From Planctopirus limnophila DSM 3776 (lineage in GTDB: Bacteria > Planctomycetota > Planctomycetia > Planctomycetales > Planctomycetaceae), in the NCBI RefSeq assembly GCF_000092105.1, contig NC_014148.1, forward strand, positions 3,780,001 through 3,812,000: DNA of 32,000 nucleotides, given 5' to 3'. Numbering within the stretch: position 1 is the first letter of the stretch; the number at the start of each line of letters is the position of its first letter. Shown one piece after another: positions 1 to 7,517 of the stretch. The notes under the pieces were generated by a model. That model was not told the DNA's origin. It saw only the letters and a list, made by a program, of their open reading frames with translations, and searched no databases. A program made the translations under genes and the position numbers.

Positions 1-570
1 GGGAGCTTTGCTTTCGGAAGCCTGCTTAAACTGCTCAGTTCCAATCGTGGGGAGGGAATTCCGCAACTCCTTGGCAGTTTCCATCTCCGCACTAACGGGG
101 AACATACGCACAAAGGCGATCCCCGCAGGTTCTGTGGTCAGCGTGCCAAAAAACACACCCTGTTGCAGTTTGCCTTCCAGTAACGCTTTCTGATCGCCCG
201 CCAGTTGGAGTTCGACCGTCATCTGATCGCTATCGATTTTCGACGACAGAATCGATGCGTTCTGCAGAATCTTGAGATCTTCGAACACCTTCACCTGAGG
301 ATCGGCTTTGGGATCAAGATCCCACAACCCCACGATGAAGTCTTTGCGCTGCTCGGTAAAGATGACCATCCAGCGACCATCCAGCACCGTGACTTTTTCC
401 CGCATCTGCACCGCTGGCTTGGGAGCTTCCTCCGCCTTGGTGGCCTCTTTACCCGCTTCCGCCACTTCGGCTTTCTTGCCACAGCCGGCGAAACTGGTCA
501 CAACCAGCGCGAAAAGCAGTAGCCATGTCCACTGGAAGCTCGACGATGATCGATCAATCGGAAACGACAT
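1..570 (-). CDS. putative lipoprotein of unknown function (C-terminal part lies beyond the left window edge)
   Basis: Not in the ORF track because it has no stop codon inside the window. Hand translation of the minus strand from the ATG at 570-568 gives MSFPIDRSSSSFQWTWLLLFALVVTSFAGCGKKAEVAEAGKEATKAEEAPKPAVQMREKVTVLDGRWMVIF... All 190 codons down to position 1 are open, and an in-frame TGA lies just upstream (594-592). A hydrophobic core is followed by a lipobox-like F-A-G-C. The + strand ORFs 205..522 and 308..646 are its antisense shadows. Confidence 0.6.
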   Translation of the reverse strand, partial: MSFPIDRSSSSFQWTWLLLFALVVTSFAGCGKKAEVAEAGKEATKAEEAPKPAVQMREKVTVLDGRWMVIFTEQRKDFIVGLWDLDPKADPQVKVFEDLKILQNASILSSKIDSDQMTVELQLAGDQKALLEGKLQQGVFFGTLTTEPAGIAFVRMFPVSAEMETAKELRNSLPTIGTEQFKQASESKAP

Positions 571-899
571 GCTGAAAGTCCTGCGAAAATTTCAATCCAG
601 ATCACCCGCAGCTCACGGGCTCTCTGTCATGGTTGCTTGTCATTGAGAACGCCAGAATGATAACCGGAACCCCGCTTCTTCGCACATGATCCACTTGCCA
701 TAAGTACTGGCCAATCATGAATTATGGATGAAAAGTGCTCGATCGTCACCTGCCCGAAAAAGTTCTCACACACACATCCGGAAAATTTCTGGCATCATGC
801 GCAAGTGGTTTTCGCACTATACGAAGTGAGACTCCCTCCAGAGTTGATTCACTCAAAGTGATACGCCCAGTTCGGCCATTTGAAGGGTGAAAATCTGAA

Positions 900-3392
900 A
901 TGACTGATCGACAGCCAATAATCATCTCCCCATCTTCGCCACAAATGGCAACCTCCAGTCACCAACCACTCCTTTCCCGACTCACGGGTTTCGTCGGGGG
1001 GGGCCGAGTTCACTTTTTCACTGCCTGCCTGCTGTGGAACCTGTCTCTGGCGGGAATCTGGTCTCCCTGCCCCCATGCCTGGGCACAATCCAAACCTCCC
1101 GGAAATGTTATCCCCACGGAATTCAGCCAAGGTGACCAGCGGTTGGTCTTCACGGTCGCCAACGCGATGCACAACCACCCCGAGCTCTACTATTACCTCT
1201 GCAAAGACCAGAAAGGTCGCGAGATTGTCCGACCACTCAAAAACCCTTCCCAGAATCCCGGCGGCAAATTCCTCGAGAAACCACCGATTGCGGTGCTGGA
1301 TATCGAATTGAACCGGTTTGGAGCATTACCCCAGGCCAAGGCCGGCAAATACCTCGAAGACCTCTGTACCGAACACAACAAACGGCGCGCTGCGGGTATC
1401 GTGGTGGCGCAGGGGCCAGCCCCATACATGGTGGGAGGCGACGGAGTCCCCCCTGGTGCTTATGTACCGCCCGATCCCAAACTGATGCCGAAACCTCCTC
1501 AGCCCGACCCGGCCACCAAAAACAAAGCACAATCCGCCTATGCCGAACTGGCCAAAGTTCTCTCGAACGATTACGCCCTTTCCGGCAACGATGTCGTCGC
1601 CAAAGTTATCCCCGAAATGATGAGCACCATCGAAAAGAACAGCAGTGAGCCTGCCCTCCAGAAAGCCGCTCACCATCTTGTCACCTACGATCAGAAAACG
1701 AGCAGCCTCTTCGATAAAGCCGTTCAGGGCCGCGACCAGTCGTTAGCCAGTGCCAAAGCTCAACTCGCCCGGGCCGAACGTGGCGATTACACCCACACAG
1801 AAACCTACGAGTATTACGACGAAGGAGCCGGCCGGTGGGTGCAGAAGAACGTTCAAGTTGACGACAACCCGACTGTCGCCTACCTGTCGATGGGCCAGAT
1901 GCTCATGGCTCAGGGAACGTCGAATGAAATGATCCGCCAGCGGATTGAACGCCAGAAGTTCATCATGCTCCAGAAGGCCAAAGCCGCCAGCTGGAAAGAA
2001 CTCCTCCCCGCGATGGCAGACCGCTTCAGTGGCCAGGTTTCATCGCGTCCCTTAGTCAACGTGCGGTTCGTCCCTCAGGAAAAACCGTTTGATCGGCTGC
2101 TCCTTGATAACTACTGGCCCACGGGCTTCTCCGAGTTTTTTCAGGGTAAGTATCTCGCTCGCAACGTCTCTGGCAAAGAGCTGCAGCATGTGACATTCGC
2201 TGTCGATTTTCATCACTTCTCCACACTCCCCCAGCCCACCACCCGGCACGTTTACTACATCCCCCGCTGGAAGCAGGGCGAAGAAGTCGAACTCTCAACC
2301 ATCCTCTTCCCCGATCTGGTGGGGACTGGCAAACGCTATTACGTCCCCAAGTTTCCCGACGGCCGGGGAATGAACGCGGCCCCCAATCTCGAACTTCCCG
2401 ATATGTGCGGCGTCGTCAAACTCACACTCACTGTCTGGGCCAACGAAGGGAAACAGAACGCGACCTCCATCAGCATTCCCGAGCGGCTCCAGAAAATCGT
2501 GCCCGCTCTCATTGAAGGTGCTGAGATCACGCTGGCCAGTTCGATGTATCCCTTTGAGGCCACGAGCGCCACATCCAAAAGCTCGACCACCAAGCCAAAA
2601 TCTTCCACGACTGGAAAAGACTCCGACAAAAAGGGAACTCCCAAGCCCCCCGTTTCCATGGAAGAGCGGGCTCGCGAAATGCTGTCGCTTTACCTGGAAC
2701 CTCTGCTGACCGAACTTCCCGAGGGTTCGCCATCGGCCCAGAGAATTCGCAAGATTCTCGCCAGTCCTCGCGATGTGCGCGAAGAGATCATCAAGAAACG
2801 CAAAACCGATCTGCTGGCAGCTTGCAGTGCTGGCAAACGATATCTGGGCAACTACAGCGACCGGGACCACGAAATCGAAATGGGCCTGCTCTTCATCGAA
2901 TGCGATGCTGCTGGGCAAGCCATTCGAGTCGAACTCTTCGACCCGCAGAAGCCCTCGCAAACACGTCCCTGGGGCGGATTTATTTCGCATGACCCGCGAA
3001 ACAACAGCGAGTTTCTGTACCTGGTGCCGCTTGATAACGCGACCGAACCAACAGCAGCAGCACGCAATGGGCTACAGGCAGACCCCTTTTCCCCCGACGC
3101 CACCAGCTTCATGCTCTCATTAACGAAAACGGGAGGCTTCGAGGGCAAGTTCGAATACCGCGAGAGCTTCGATACTCCGCGATTGAGCGTGCGTGAACCT
3201 TCACGCCCGGTACGAGTAAAACCCGCCGCCGGTGACAAGACTCAACTAATAGCGGCGACCCAGCGGGTGAAAGAAAACCCGAAGTGGAAACTCCCCAAAC
3301 CCCGCCCCATCATCACCACCCGCGGGCCTGCCAACAATCCCACCAATCCAGGCCGCAGTAATCCCACAACCCCCAAAGGCCGCTCCCGGTAG
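900..3392 (+). CDS. large secreted or membrane-anchored protein of unknown function
   Basis: An 830-aa uninterrupted ORF. The N-terminus has a hydrophobic segment (VHFFTACLLWNLSLAGIWSPCPHAWAQ). It contains S/T/K/P-rich linkers (ATSATSKSSTTKPKSSTTGKDSDKKGTPKPP) and a basic Pro-rich tail. I recognise no catalytic or domain signature. An alternative start is the Met at 945. Confidence 0.7.
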   Translation: MTDRQPIIISPSSPQMATSSHQPLLSRLTGFVGGGRVHFFTACLLWNLSLAGIWSPCPHAWAQSKPPGNVIPTEFSQGDQRLVFTVANAMHNHPELYYYLCKDQKGREIVRPLKNPSQNPGGKFLEKPPIAVLDIELNRFGALPQAKAGKYLEDLCTEHNKRRAAGIVVAQGPAPYMVGGDGVPPGAYVPPDPKLMPKPPQPDPATKNKAQSAYAELAKVLSNDYALSGNDVVAKVIPEMMSTIEKNSSEPALQKAAHHLVTYDQKTSSLFDKAVQGRDQSLASAKAQLARAERGDYTHTETYEYYDEGAGRWVQKNVQVDDNPTVAYLSMGQMLMAQGTSNEMIRQRIERQKFIMLQKAKAASWKELLPAMADRFSGQVSSRPLVNVRFVPQEKPFDRLLLDNYWPTGFSEFFQGKYLARNVSGKELQHVTFAVDFHHFSTLPQPTTRHVYYIPRWKQGEEVELSTILFPDLVGTGKRYYVPKFPDGRGMNAAPNLELPDMCGVVKLTLTVWANEGKQNATSISIPERLQKIVPALIEGAEITLASSMYPFEATSATSKSSTTKPKSSTTGKDSDKKGTPKPPVSMEERAREMLSLYLEPLLTELPEGSPSAQRIRKILASPRDVREEIIKKRKTDLLAACSAGKRYLGNYSDRDHEIEMGLLFIECDAAGQAIRVELFDPQKPSQTRPWGGFISHDPRNNSEFLYLVPLDNATEPTAAARNGLQADPFSPDATSFMLSLTKTGGFEGKFEYRESFDTPRLSVREPSRPVRVKPAAGDKTQLIAATQRVKENPKWKLPKPRPIITTRGPANNPTNPGRSNPTTPKGRSR

Positions 3393-3412
3393 AACTGGCG
3401 GCAATTCTCACA

Positions 3413-3433
3413 TACCGAGAATCTGCCTCGGTA
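3413..3433 (+). terminator. weak hairpin downstream of the 830-aa gene
   Basis: taccgag (3413-3419) pairs with ctcggta (3427-3433), giving a 7-bp stem and 7-nt loop about 20 nt after the stop codon. There is no clear T-tract. Confidence 0.3.
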
Positions 3434-3682
3434 GTTGAAAATCATCGCTCACGACCTTGGGTCAGCATTATCAAACTCTTCGTTAGATAAGTGATTTGAT
3501 CAGCTTCGTAACACTACCTTCTCGCAATTTTCAACAAAAGCATGGCGTGACGTATTGTCCACTGATACGATCTCGCACAATCAGGTGAACAGACTTAGTT
3601 AAATCCTGTTCACAAGCCATCGGTACCAACGCGATGTGATCGATCAAAACACGTTATTCAGTAACTGAAAGGCAAATCTCAG

Positions 3683-4807
3683 ATGGATCTCATAGATCAG
3701 TTGCGAATTCTTTCCAGTCGCATCAGCCAGACAAAAACATTGGTTCAGACTGAAGAGGCAACAAAGAACGCAATGATCATGCCCTTCATTCAGATTTTGG
3801 GCTACAACGTCTTCGATCCACTTGAAGTGACACCCGAACTTGTCGCAGAAGTTGGTACGAAGAAAGGTGAAAAGGTCGATTATGCGATCTTAAGAGATGG
3901 GAAACCCATCATTCTATTTGAATGCAAGAAATGCGGAGGCGATCTGCATATCAACCACGCCAGCCAGTTGTTTCGCTACTTTCATGTGACTGAAGCACGT
4001 TTTGGCGTACTGACGAATGGTTTGGTTTATCGATTCTTCACTGATCTTGAACAACCAAACAAGATGGATGAAAAGCCTTTCTTTGAGTTTAACATTCTTG
4101 ATTTCAAAGACCGAGATGTTGAGGAACTCAAGAAGTTTACCAAAAGTGCTTTTGATATCGACACGATTCTGACTACAGCCAACGATCTCAAATACACACG
4201 ATCAATTCAAACGCTGTTGTCAGAATGGATGACCAACCCTTCGGAAGATTTTGTGAGACTGCTTTCCGCTGATCTCATCGGAAATCGAAGATTTACCCCA
4301 GCAGTTAAAGATCAGTTTACATTGATCACCAAAAGGGCATTTGATCAACTTCTCGGAGAAAAGATCAATGAACGCCTTAAAGGGGCCATGGCACCGGAAG
4401 GCGTAACAATCGCAGAATCCCCACGATCAGCAGCCACCAACGACATTGCTACAACCGAAACCGAACCAGCAATTGTAACCACTTCCGAAGAAATTGAAGG
4501 CCTTCATATCGTCAGATCAATCGTGCGAGACCTGATCTCACCTCGTCGTGTCGTCATGCGAGACGCCCAAAGTTATTGCGCAATTCTACTCGATGACAAC
4601 AATCGGAAACCTATCTGCAGACTCAGATTCAACAACACTCAGAAATTGCGTATCGGCCTCTTCAAAGACAATAAAGAAGAAGAGCTTATGAATCTTGAAT
4701 CCGTTGATGATATCTACTCATTTGCTGATCGAATTAAGGCCACTCTGAGCTCATACATAAAATCTGATGGTAGCCTAGATAGCTCGCAAATATCTACCGC
4801 ACCGTAG
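3683..4807 (+). CDS. type I restriction enzyme HsdR N-terminal-domain (PD-(D/E)xK nuclease fold) protein, solitary
   Basis: 374 aa. The N-terminus (EEATKNAMIMPFIQILGYNVFDPLEVTPELVAEVGTKKGEKVDYAILRDGKPIILFECKK) matches the HSDR_N-type nuclease core, with D...E-x-K in VDYAI...LFECKK. The C-terminal ~100 aa (EEIEGLHIVRSIVRDL...ICRLRFNNTQKLRIGLF) is a domain I cannot name. The gene is clearly AT-richer than its neighbours. Confidence 0.8.
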   Translation: MDLIDQLRILSSRISQTKTLVQTEEATKNAMIMPFIQILGYNVFDPLEVTPELVAEVGTKKGEKVDYAILRDGKPIILFECKKCGGDLHINHASQLFRYFHVTEARFGVLTNGLVYRFFTDLEQPNKMDEKPFFEFNILDFKDRDVEELKKFTKSAFDIDTILTTANDLKYTRSIQTLLSEWMTNPSEDFVRLLSADLIGNRRFTPAVKDQFTLITKRAFDQLLGEKINERLKGAMAPEGVTIAESPRSAATNDIATTETEPAIVTTSEEIEGLHIVRSIVRDLISPRRVVMRDAQSYCAILLDDNNRKPICRLRFNNTQKLRIGLFKDNKEEELMNLESVDDIYSFADRIKATLSSYIKSDGSLDSSQISTAP

Positions 4808-4891
4808 AGACTGCTGTCATTCGAAACAACTTAATAACTGGCAAACAGCATAGGTTCTTATTAACAGTCGAGTATTCCTGGTGGAAAATCA

Positions 4892-4928
4892 AAAACGCAC
4901 AGCAGGAAAGCTCCTTGCTGTGCGTTTT
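4892..4928. terminator. bidirectional rho-independent terminator between convergent genes
   Basis: aaaacgcacagca (4892-4904) pairs perfectly with tgctgtgcgtttt (4916-4928), a 13-bp stem. T-rich tracts follow on both strands (ttttattttg on +, ttttgatttt on -). Confidence 0.75.
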
Positions 4929-4949
4929 ATTTTGTCAGTCAATGTCTGC

Positions 4950-5276
4950 TTAGCTGGGTTTTGATCCACTGCCGGAAGAGCCACCACTGGAACCACTTCC
5001 GCCCGAGGAACTGCCGCCAGACGAACTGCCGGAGCTTCCCTTATCACCCGACGACGCCGGTTTGTCGGCTGAGGCGGCTTTTTTATAGCCTTCGCTGCGA
5101 TAGTCCGTCAGGTAAAAACCCGAGCCCTTAAACAGCAGGCCGCCACCTGCACTGATCAGCCGGCGGGCTTTCTTTTTATTGCACGAAGGGCACTTCTTCG
5201 TCGGTTCAGCCTTGATCGACTGGAACTCTTCCCAGCGATGATCGCAGGCATCACAAGCGTATTCGTAGGTGGGCAT
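4950..5276 (-). CDS. FmdB-family zinc-ribbon protein (CxxC...CxxC) with Gly/Ser-rich tail
   Basis: MPTYEYACDACDHRWEEFQSIKAEPTKKCPSCNKKKARRLIS is the canonical FmdB/CxxC_CxxC_SSSS N-terminus. The C-terminus is (G/S)n low complexity. I place the start at the ATG at 5276; the track ORF start at 5300 adds 8 atypical residues. Confidence 0.85.
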   Translation of the reverse strand: MPTYEYACDACDHRWEEFQSIKAEPTKKCPSCNKKKARRLISAGGGLLFKGSGFYLTDYRSEGYKKAASADKPASSGDKGSSGSSSGGSSSGGSGSSGGSSGSGSKPS

Positions 5277-5346
5277 GATCGTTCTCAGGAAGGGACTCAA
5301 GTTCCGGGACTGGTTTAAAAAATGACTCTGTTACTGAGCAGCCGGC

Positions 5347-5495
5347 GGGTGGCTGGGGTCAAACGTCCTCGTTTGCCCCCAGGTCACGGGATATCAATCG
5401 CTTCTTGCAGTCGCTAACTAAGATATCATCCGTGCAAATCATTCACGATGTCGTAAGGCCTGGGGGCGGATGAAGACATCCGACCCCAGCCACCC
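5347..5495. other. nested inverted-repeat element, candidate structured RNA (four-way junction)
   Basis: All pairs are Watson-Crick. P1: gggtggctggggtc 5347-5360 with gaccccagccaccc 5482-5495 (14 bp). P1a: aaacg/cgttt 5361-5374 (5 bp, loop tcct). P2: gcccccagg 5375-5383 with cctgggggc 5459-5467 (9 bp). P3: cacgggatatc 5385-5395 with gatatc-at-ccgtg 5422-5434 (11 bp, 2-nt bulge). P4: ggatg/catcc 5468-5481 (5 bp, loop aaga). The helices abut with no unpaired junction nucleotides. Confidence 0.4.
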
Positions 5496-5512
5496 TTTCC
5501 AATTTTTCGCCT

Positions 5513-6034
5513 TTAACTAGCAGCTGAAGCCGCCGAGACAATCACCTTGGCGGGTCGAATGACGCGGTCGTGCAGCGTAAAGCCTCGCTCGACTTCCTGA
5601 ATGACAGTCATCGGTGGATAGTCTGCACTGGGAACCTGGGTAATCGCTTCATGCCGGTTGGGGTCGAAGGGTTCACCCACTGTCTTAATGACCACAGCTC
5701 CCATGCCAGCAAAGAGAGTTTCAAACTGCTGGCTGACCATCTCGACCCCTTTGACGAGATCTTCGAGCTTCGCCGCAGGAGATTTGGCTGCCAGAATAGC
5801 CCGCTGCAGGTTATCAAATCCCGGCAGCACGGTTCGCAGGAAGGTGGCAGCGCCATACTTCCGCTCTTCTTCAGCTTCCTTCTGCACACGCCGACGGTAG
5901 TTTTCGAGATCAGCGACCGAACGCGCCCACTTCTCCTTGAACTGATCGCGCTCTTCTGCCAAAGCCTGCACCATGTTCACAGAAGTCGAACTTTCAGTCG
6001 TGTTTTCGGTGTTTTCTGGGTTCTCGGTATTCAC
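5513..6034 (-). CDS. grpE: nucleotide exchange factor GrpE
   Basis: Shows the typical GrpE pattern: ...ERDQFKEKWARSVADLENYRRRVQKEAEE...FLRTVLPGFDNLQRA...GEPFDPNRHEAI...V.RGFTLHDRVIRPAKVIV. It has a GTG start at 6034 preceded by aaggtg. The N-terminal ENPENTENT extension is low complexity, and an internal Met at codon 21 is an alternative start. Confidence 0.9.
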   Translation of the reverse strand: MNTENPENTENTTESSTSVNMVQALAEERDQFKEKWARSVADLENYRRRVQKEAEEERKYGAATFLRTVLPGFDNLQRAILAAKSPAAKLEDLVKGVEMVSQQFETLFAGMGAVVIKTVGEPFDPNRHEAITQVPSADYPPMTVIQEVERGFTLHDRVIRPAKVIVSAASAAS

Positions 6035-6174
6035 GGTTCCCGCACCTTATTCTCTGGCAAACCCGATGTTCTGACGAACACAGACGGTTCGCTCGATGAT
6101 CAATTCTTCAAGTCAAACTCAATCTCCAGGTGAGCCACATGGCGACCTGAAGGAACGTCATTAACACTAAGCCG

Positions 6175-7308
6175 TTACGAATTGCTGTCGCCACCTGCAA
6201 AGAGATCTTTGATGGTTTCAAAGAATGTTTTGCGATGAGGCGAGACCTGCTTGCTATCGAGTTCGGCCATTTGCCGCAGCAACTCTTCATGTTTCTTGGA
6301 GAGCTTTTTGGGGACTTCCACCTGCACTTCGACCAGCAGATCACCTCGCTGACCTGAATGCGGATCGGGCATACCGTGGCCTCGAATTCGAATCACGTCG
6401 CCAGGCTGTGTCCCTGCCGGAACCACCAGATTGTGTTTCCCCGTGAGGATCGGGATTTCCAGTTCTGTCCCCAGGCAGGCTTGTGCATAAGTGACAGGCA
6501 GGCGGAATCCCAGATCTCGGCCCATGCGTTCAAAGAGCTTGTGCTTACGCACAACGATATCGACATAAAGATCGCCAGGTGGCCCGCCACCTTCGCCCGG
6601 CTCGCCCTCGCCGCGAATGCATAGCTGCATATCGTTATCGACACCGGCAGGAACCTTGACTTCCAGCCTTACCTTGATGGGTGTGAATCGCGATCCCCGG
6701 CAAGTCTCGCACTTCTGCCGGACGACAGTCCCTTCACCACGGCATACAGGACAAGTGGTCTGAACGCGGAAGAAGCCCTGTGACTGCACAACCTGCCCAC
6801 GCCCGCCGCAATACTCACACTTTTCGGGAGAACTGCCAGGTGCTGCGCCAGAACCACTGCAGGTTTTGCAGCGTTCGTGCTTTTCAATCTCGAGTTCGCG
6901 AGCGCAGCCGACAGCCGCTTCGACAAGATCGATGACCAGTTTCGACCGCAGGTCAGAACCTCGGCGGCCACGATTTCCACCAGGTCTGCGCCGGCCACCG
7001 CCGCCGAACATATCACCAAACAAGTCGCCAAAGGCCCCGAAGATATCATCGACATCCTGGAAGCCACCACTGCCGCCTTGAACACCAGCATGACCATAGC
7101 GGTCGTAGCGGGCGCGCTTATCCGAATCGTACAGCACCTCGAAAGCTTCGGAGCATTCCTTAAAGGCGTAGATCGCCTCTTCACTCCCAGGATTGCGATC
7201 CGGGTGATGCTTCGCCGCCAGCTTCCGATAAGCCTTTTTCAGCTCTTCGGCTGTCGCGGATTTTTCGACGCCCAGAATTTCGTAATAGTCGCGTTTCGAA
7301 GTCATCAT
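6175..7308 (-). CDS. dnaJ: molecular chaperone DnaJ (type I)
   Basis: Contains a J-domain with HPD (KHHPDRNPG) and a G/F-rich region. Four CxxCxGxG zinc-finger motifs are present ([32 protein letters not shown]), followed by the C-terminal client-binding domains. Confidence 0.95.
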   Translation of the reverse strand: MMTSKRDYYEILGVEKSATAEELKKAYRKLAAKHHPDRNPGSEEAIYAFKECSEAFEVLYDSDKRARYDRYGHAGVQGGSGGFQDVDDIFGAFGDLFGDMFGGGGRRRPGGNRGRRGSDLRSKLVIDLVEAAVGCARELEIEKHERCKTCSGSGAAPGSSPEKCEYCGGRGQVVQSQGFFRVQTTCPVCRGEGTVVRQKCETCRGSRFTPIKVRLEVKVPAGVDNDMQLCIRGEGEPGEGGGPPGDLYVDIVVRKHKLFERMGRDLGFRLPVTYAQACLGTELEIPILTGKHNLVVPAGTQPGDVIRIRGHGMPDPHSGQRGDLLVEVQVEVPKKLSKKHEELLRQMAELDSKQVSPHRKTFFETIKDLFAGGDSNS

Positions 7309-7333
7309 GTCTTATCGGTCAGATGAATCGAGG

Positions 7334-7371
7334 CTTCGGTCCGCTACAAAAGCTTTGGAGCATGACCGAAG
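7334..7371 (-). promoter_or_regulatory. long imperfect hairpin in the dnaJ leader
   Basis: cttcggtc (7334-7341) pairs with gaccgaag (7364-7371), 8 bp. An inner 7-bp helix (ctacaaa/tttggag, one mismatch) has a 3-nt loop. The element lies 26-63 nt upstream of the dnaJ ATG. Confidence 0.35.
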
Positions 7372-7421
7372 ATTGAATAAATCGGATCCTGGCAAGCCTC
7401 AGGTCATTCGCCATTTGATAC

Positions 7422-7455
7422 GGTAAGCCCGACCTCAATTGAAGTCGGGCTTACC
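7422..7455 (-). terminator. strong hairpin downstream of groEL copy B
   Basis: ggtaagcccgac (7422-7433) pairs perfectly with gtcgggcttacc (7444-7455), a 12-bp stem and 10-nt loop, about 60 nt after the groEL stop. No T-tract follows, so it may act as a partial terminator or as a stabiliser/processing site. Confidence 0.5.
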
Positions 7456-7517
7456 TCAGTATCATTGATCAATCCATTTCAGGAATGGTTCATTCGCAGT
7501 CGAGCCTTGAGTCTCGA

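Noticed and set aside
205-646. The + strand ORFs 205..522 and 308..646 at the left edge.
   Set aside because: They overlap a better minus-strand reading frame (1..570) that has a signal peptide and lipobox. Their own translations are Arg/His/Cys-rich and look non-protein-like.
3440-4890. Possible direct repeats (att-like) flanking the low-GC islet, for example taactgaaaggcaaa at about 3655 against taactggcaaa at about 4835.
   Set aside because: The similarity is short and gapped, there is no adjacent tRNA or integrase, and it is compatible with chance in AT-rich DNA.
5347-5495. Whether the four-way-junction element is a tRNA or tRNA-like gene, or a MITE with terminal inverted repeats.
   Set aside because: The helix lengths (14/5/9/5 bp) and 4-nt loops do not fit a tRNA cloverleaf, and there is no T-loop GTTCRANNC. 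No target-site duplication flanks the 14-bp terminal repeats (ccggc on the left, tttcc on the right), so I found no evidence of transposition. I kept it as a finding under the structured-RNA or palindromic-repeat hypotheses.
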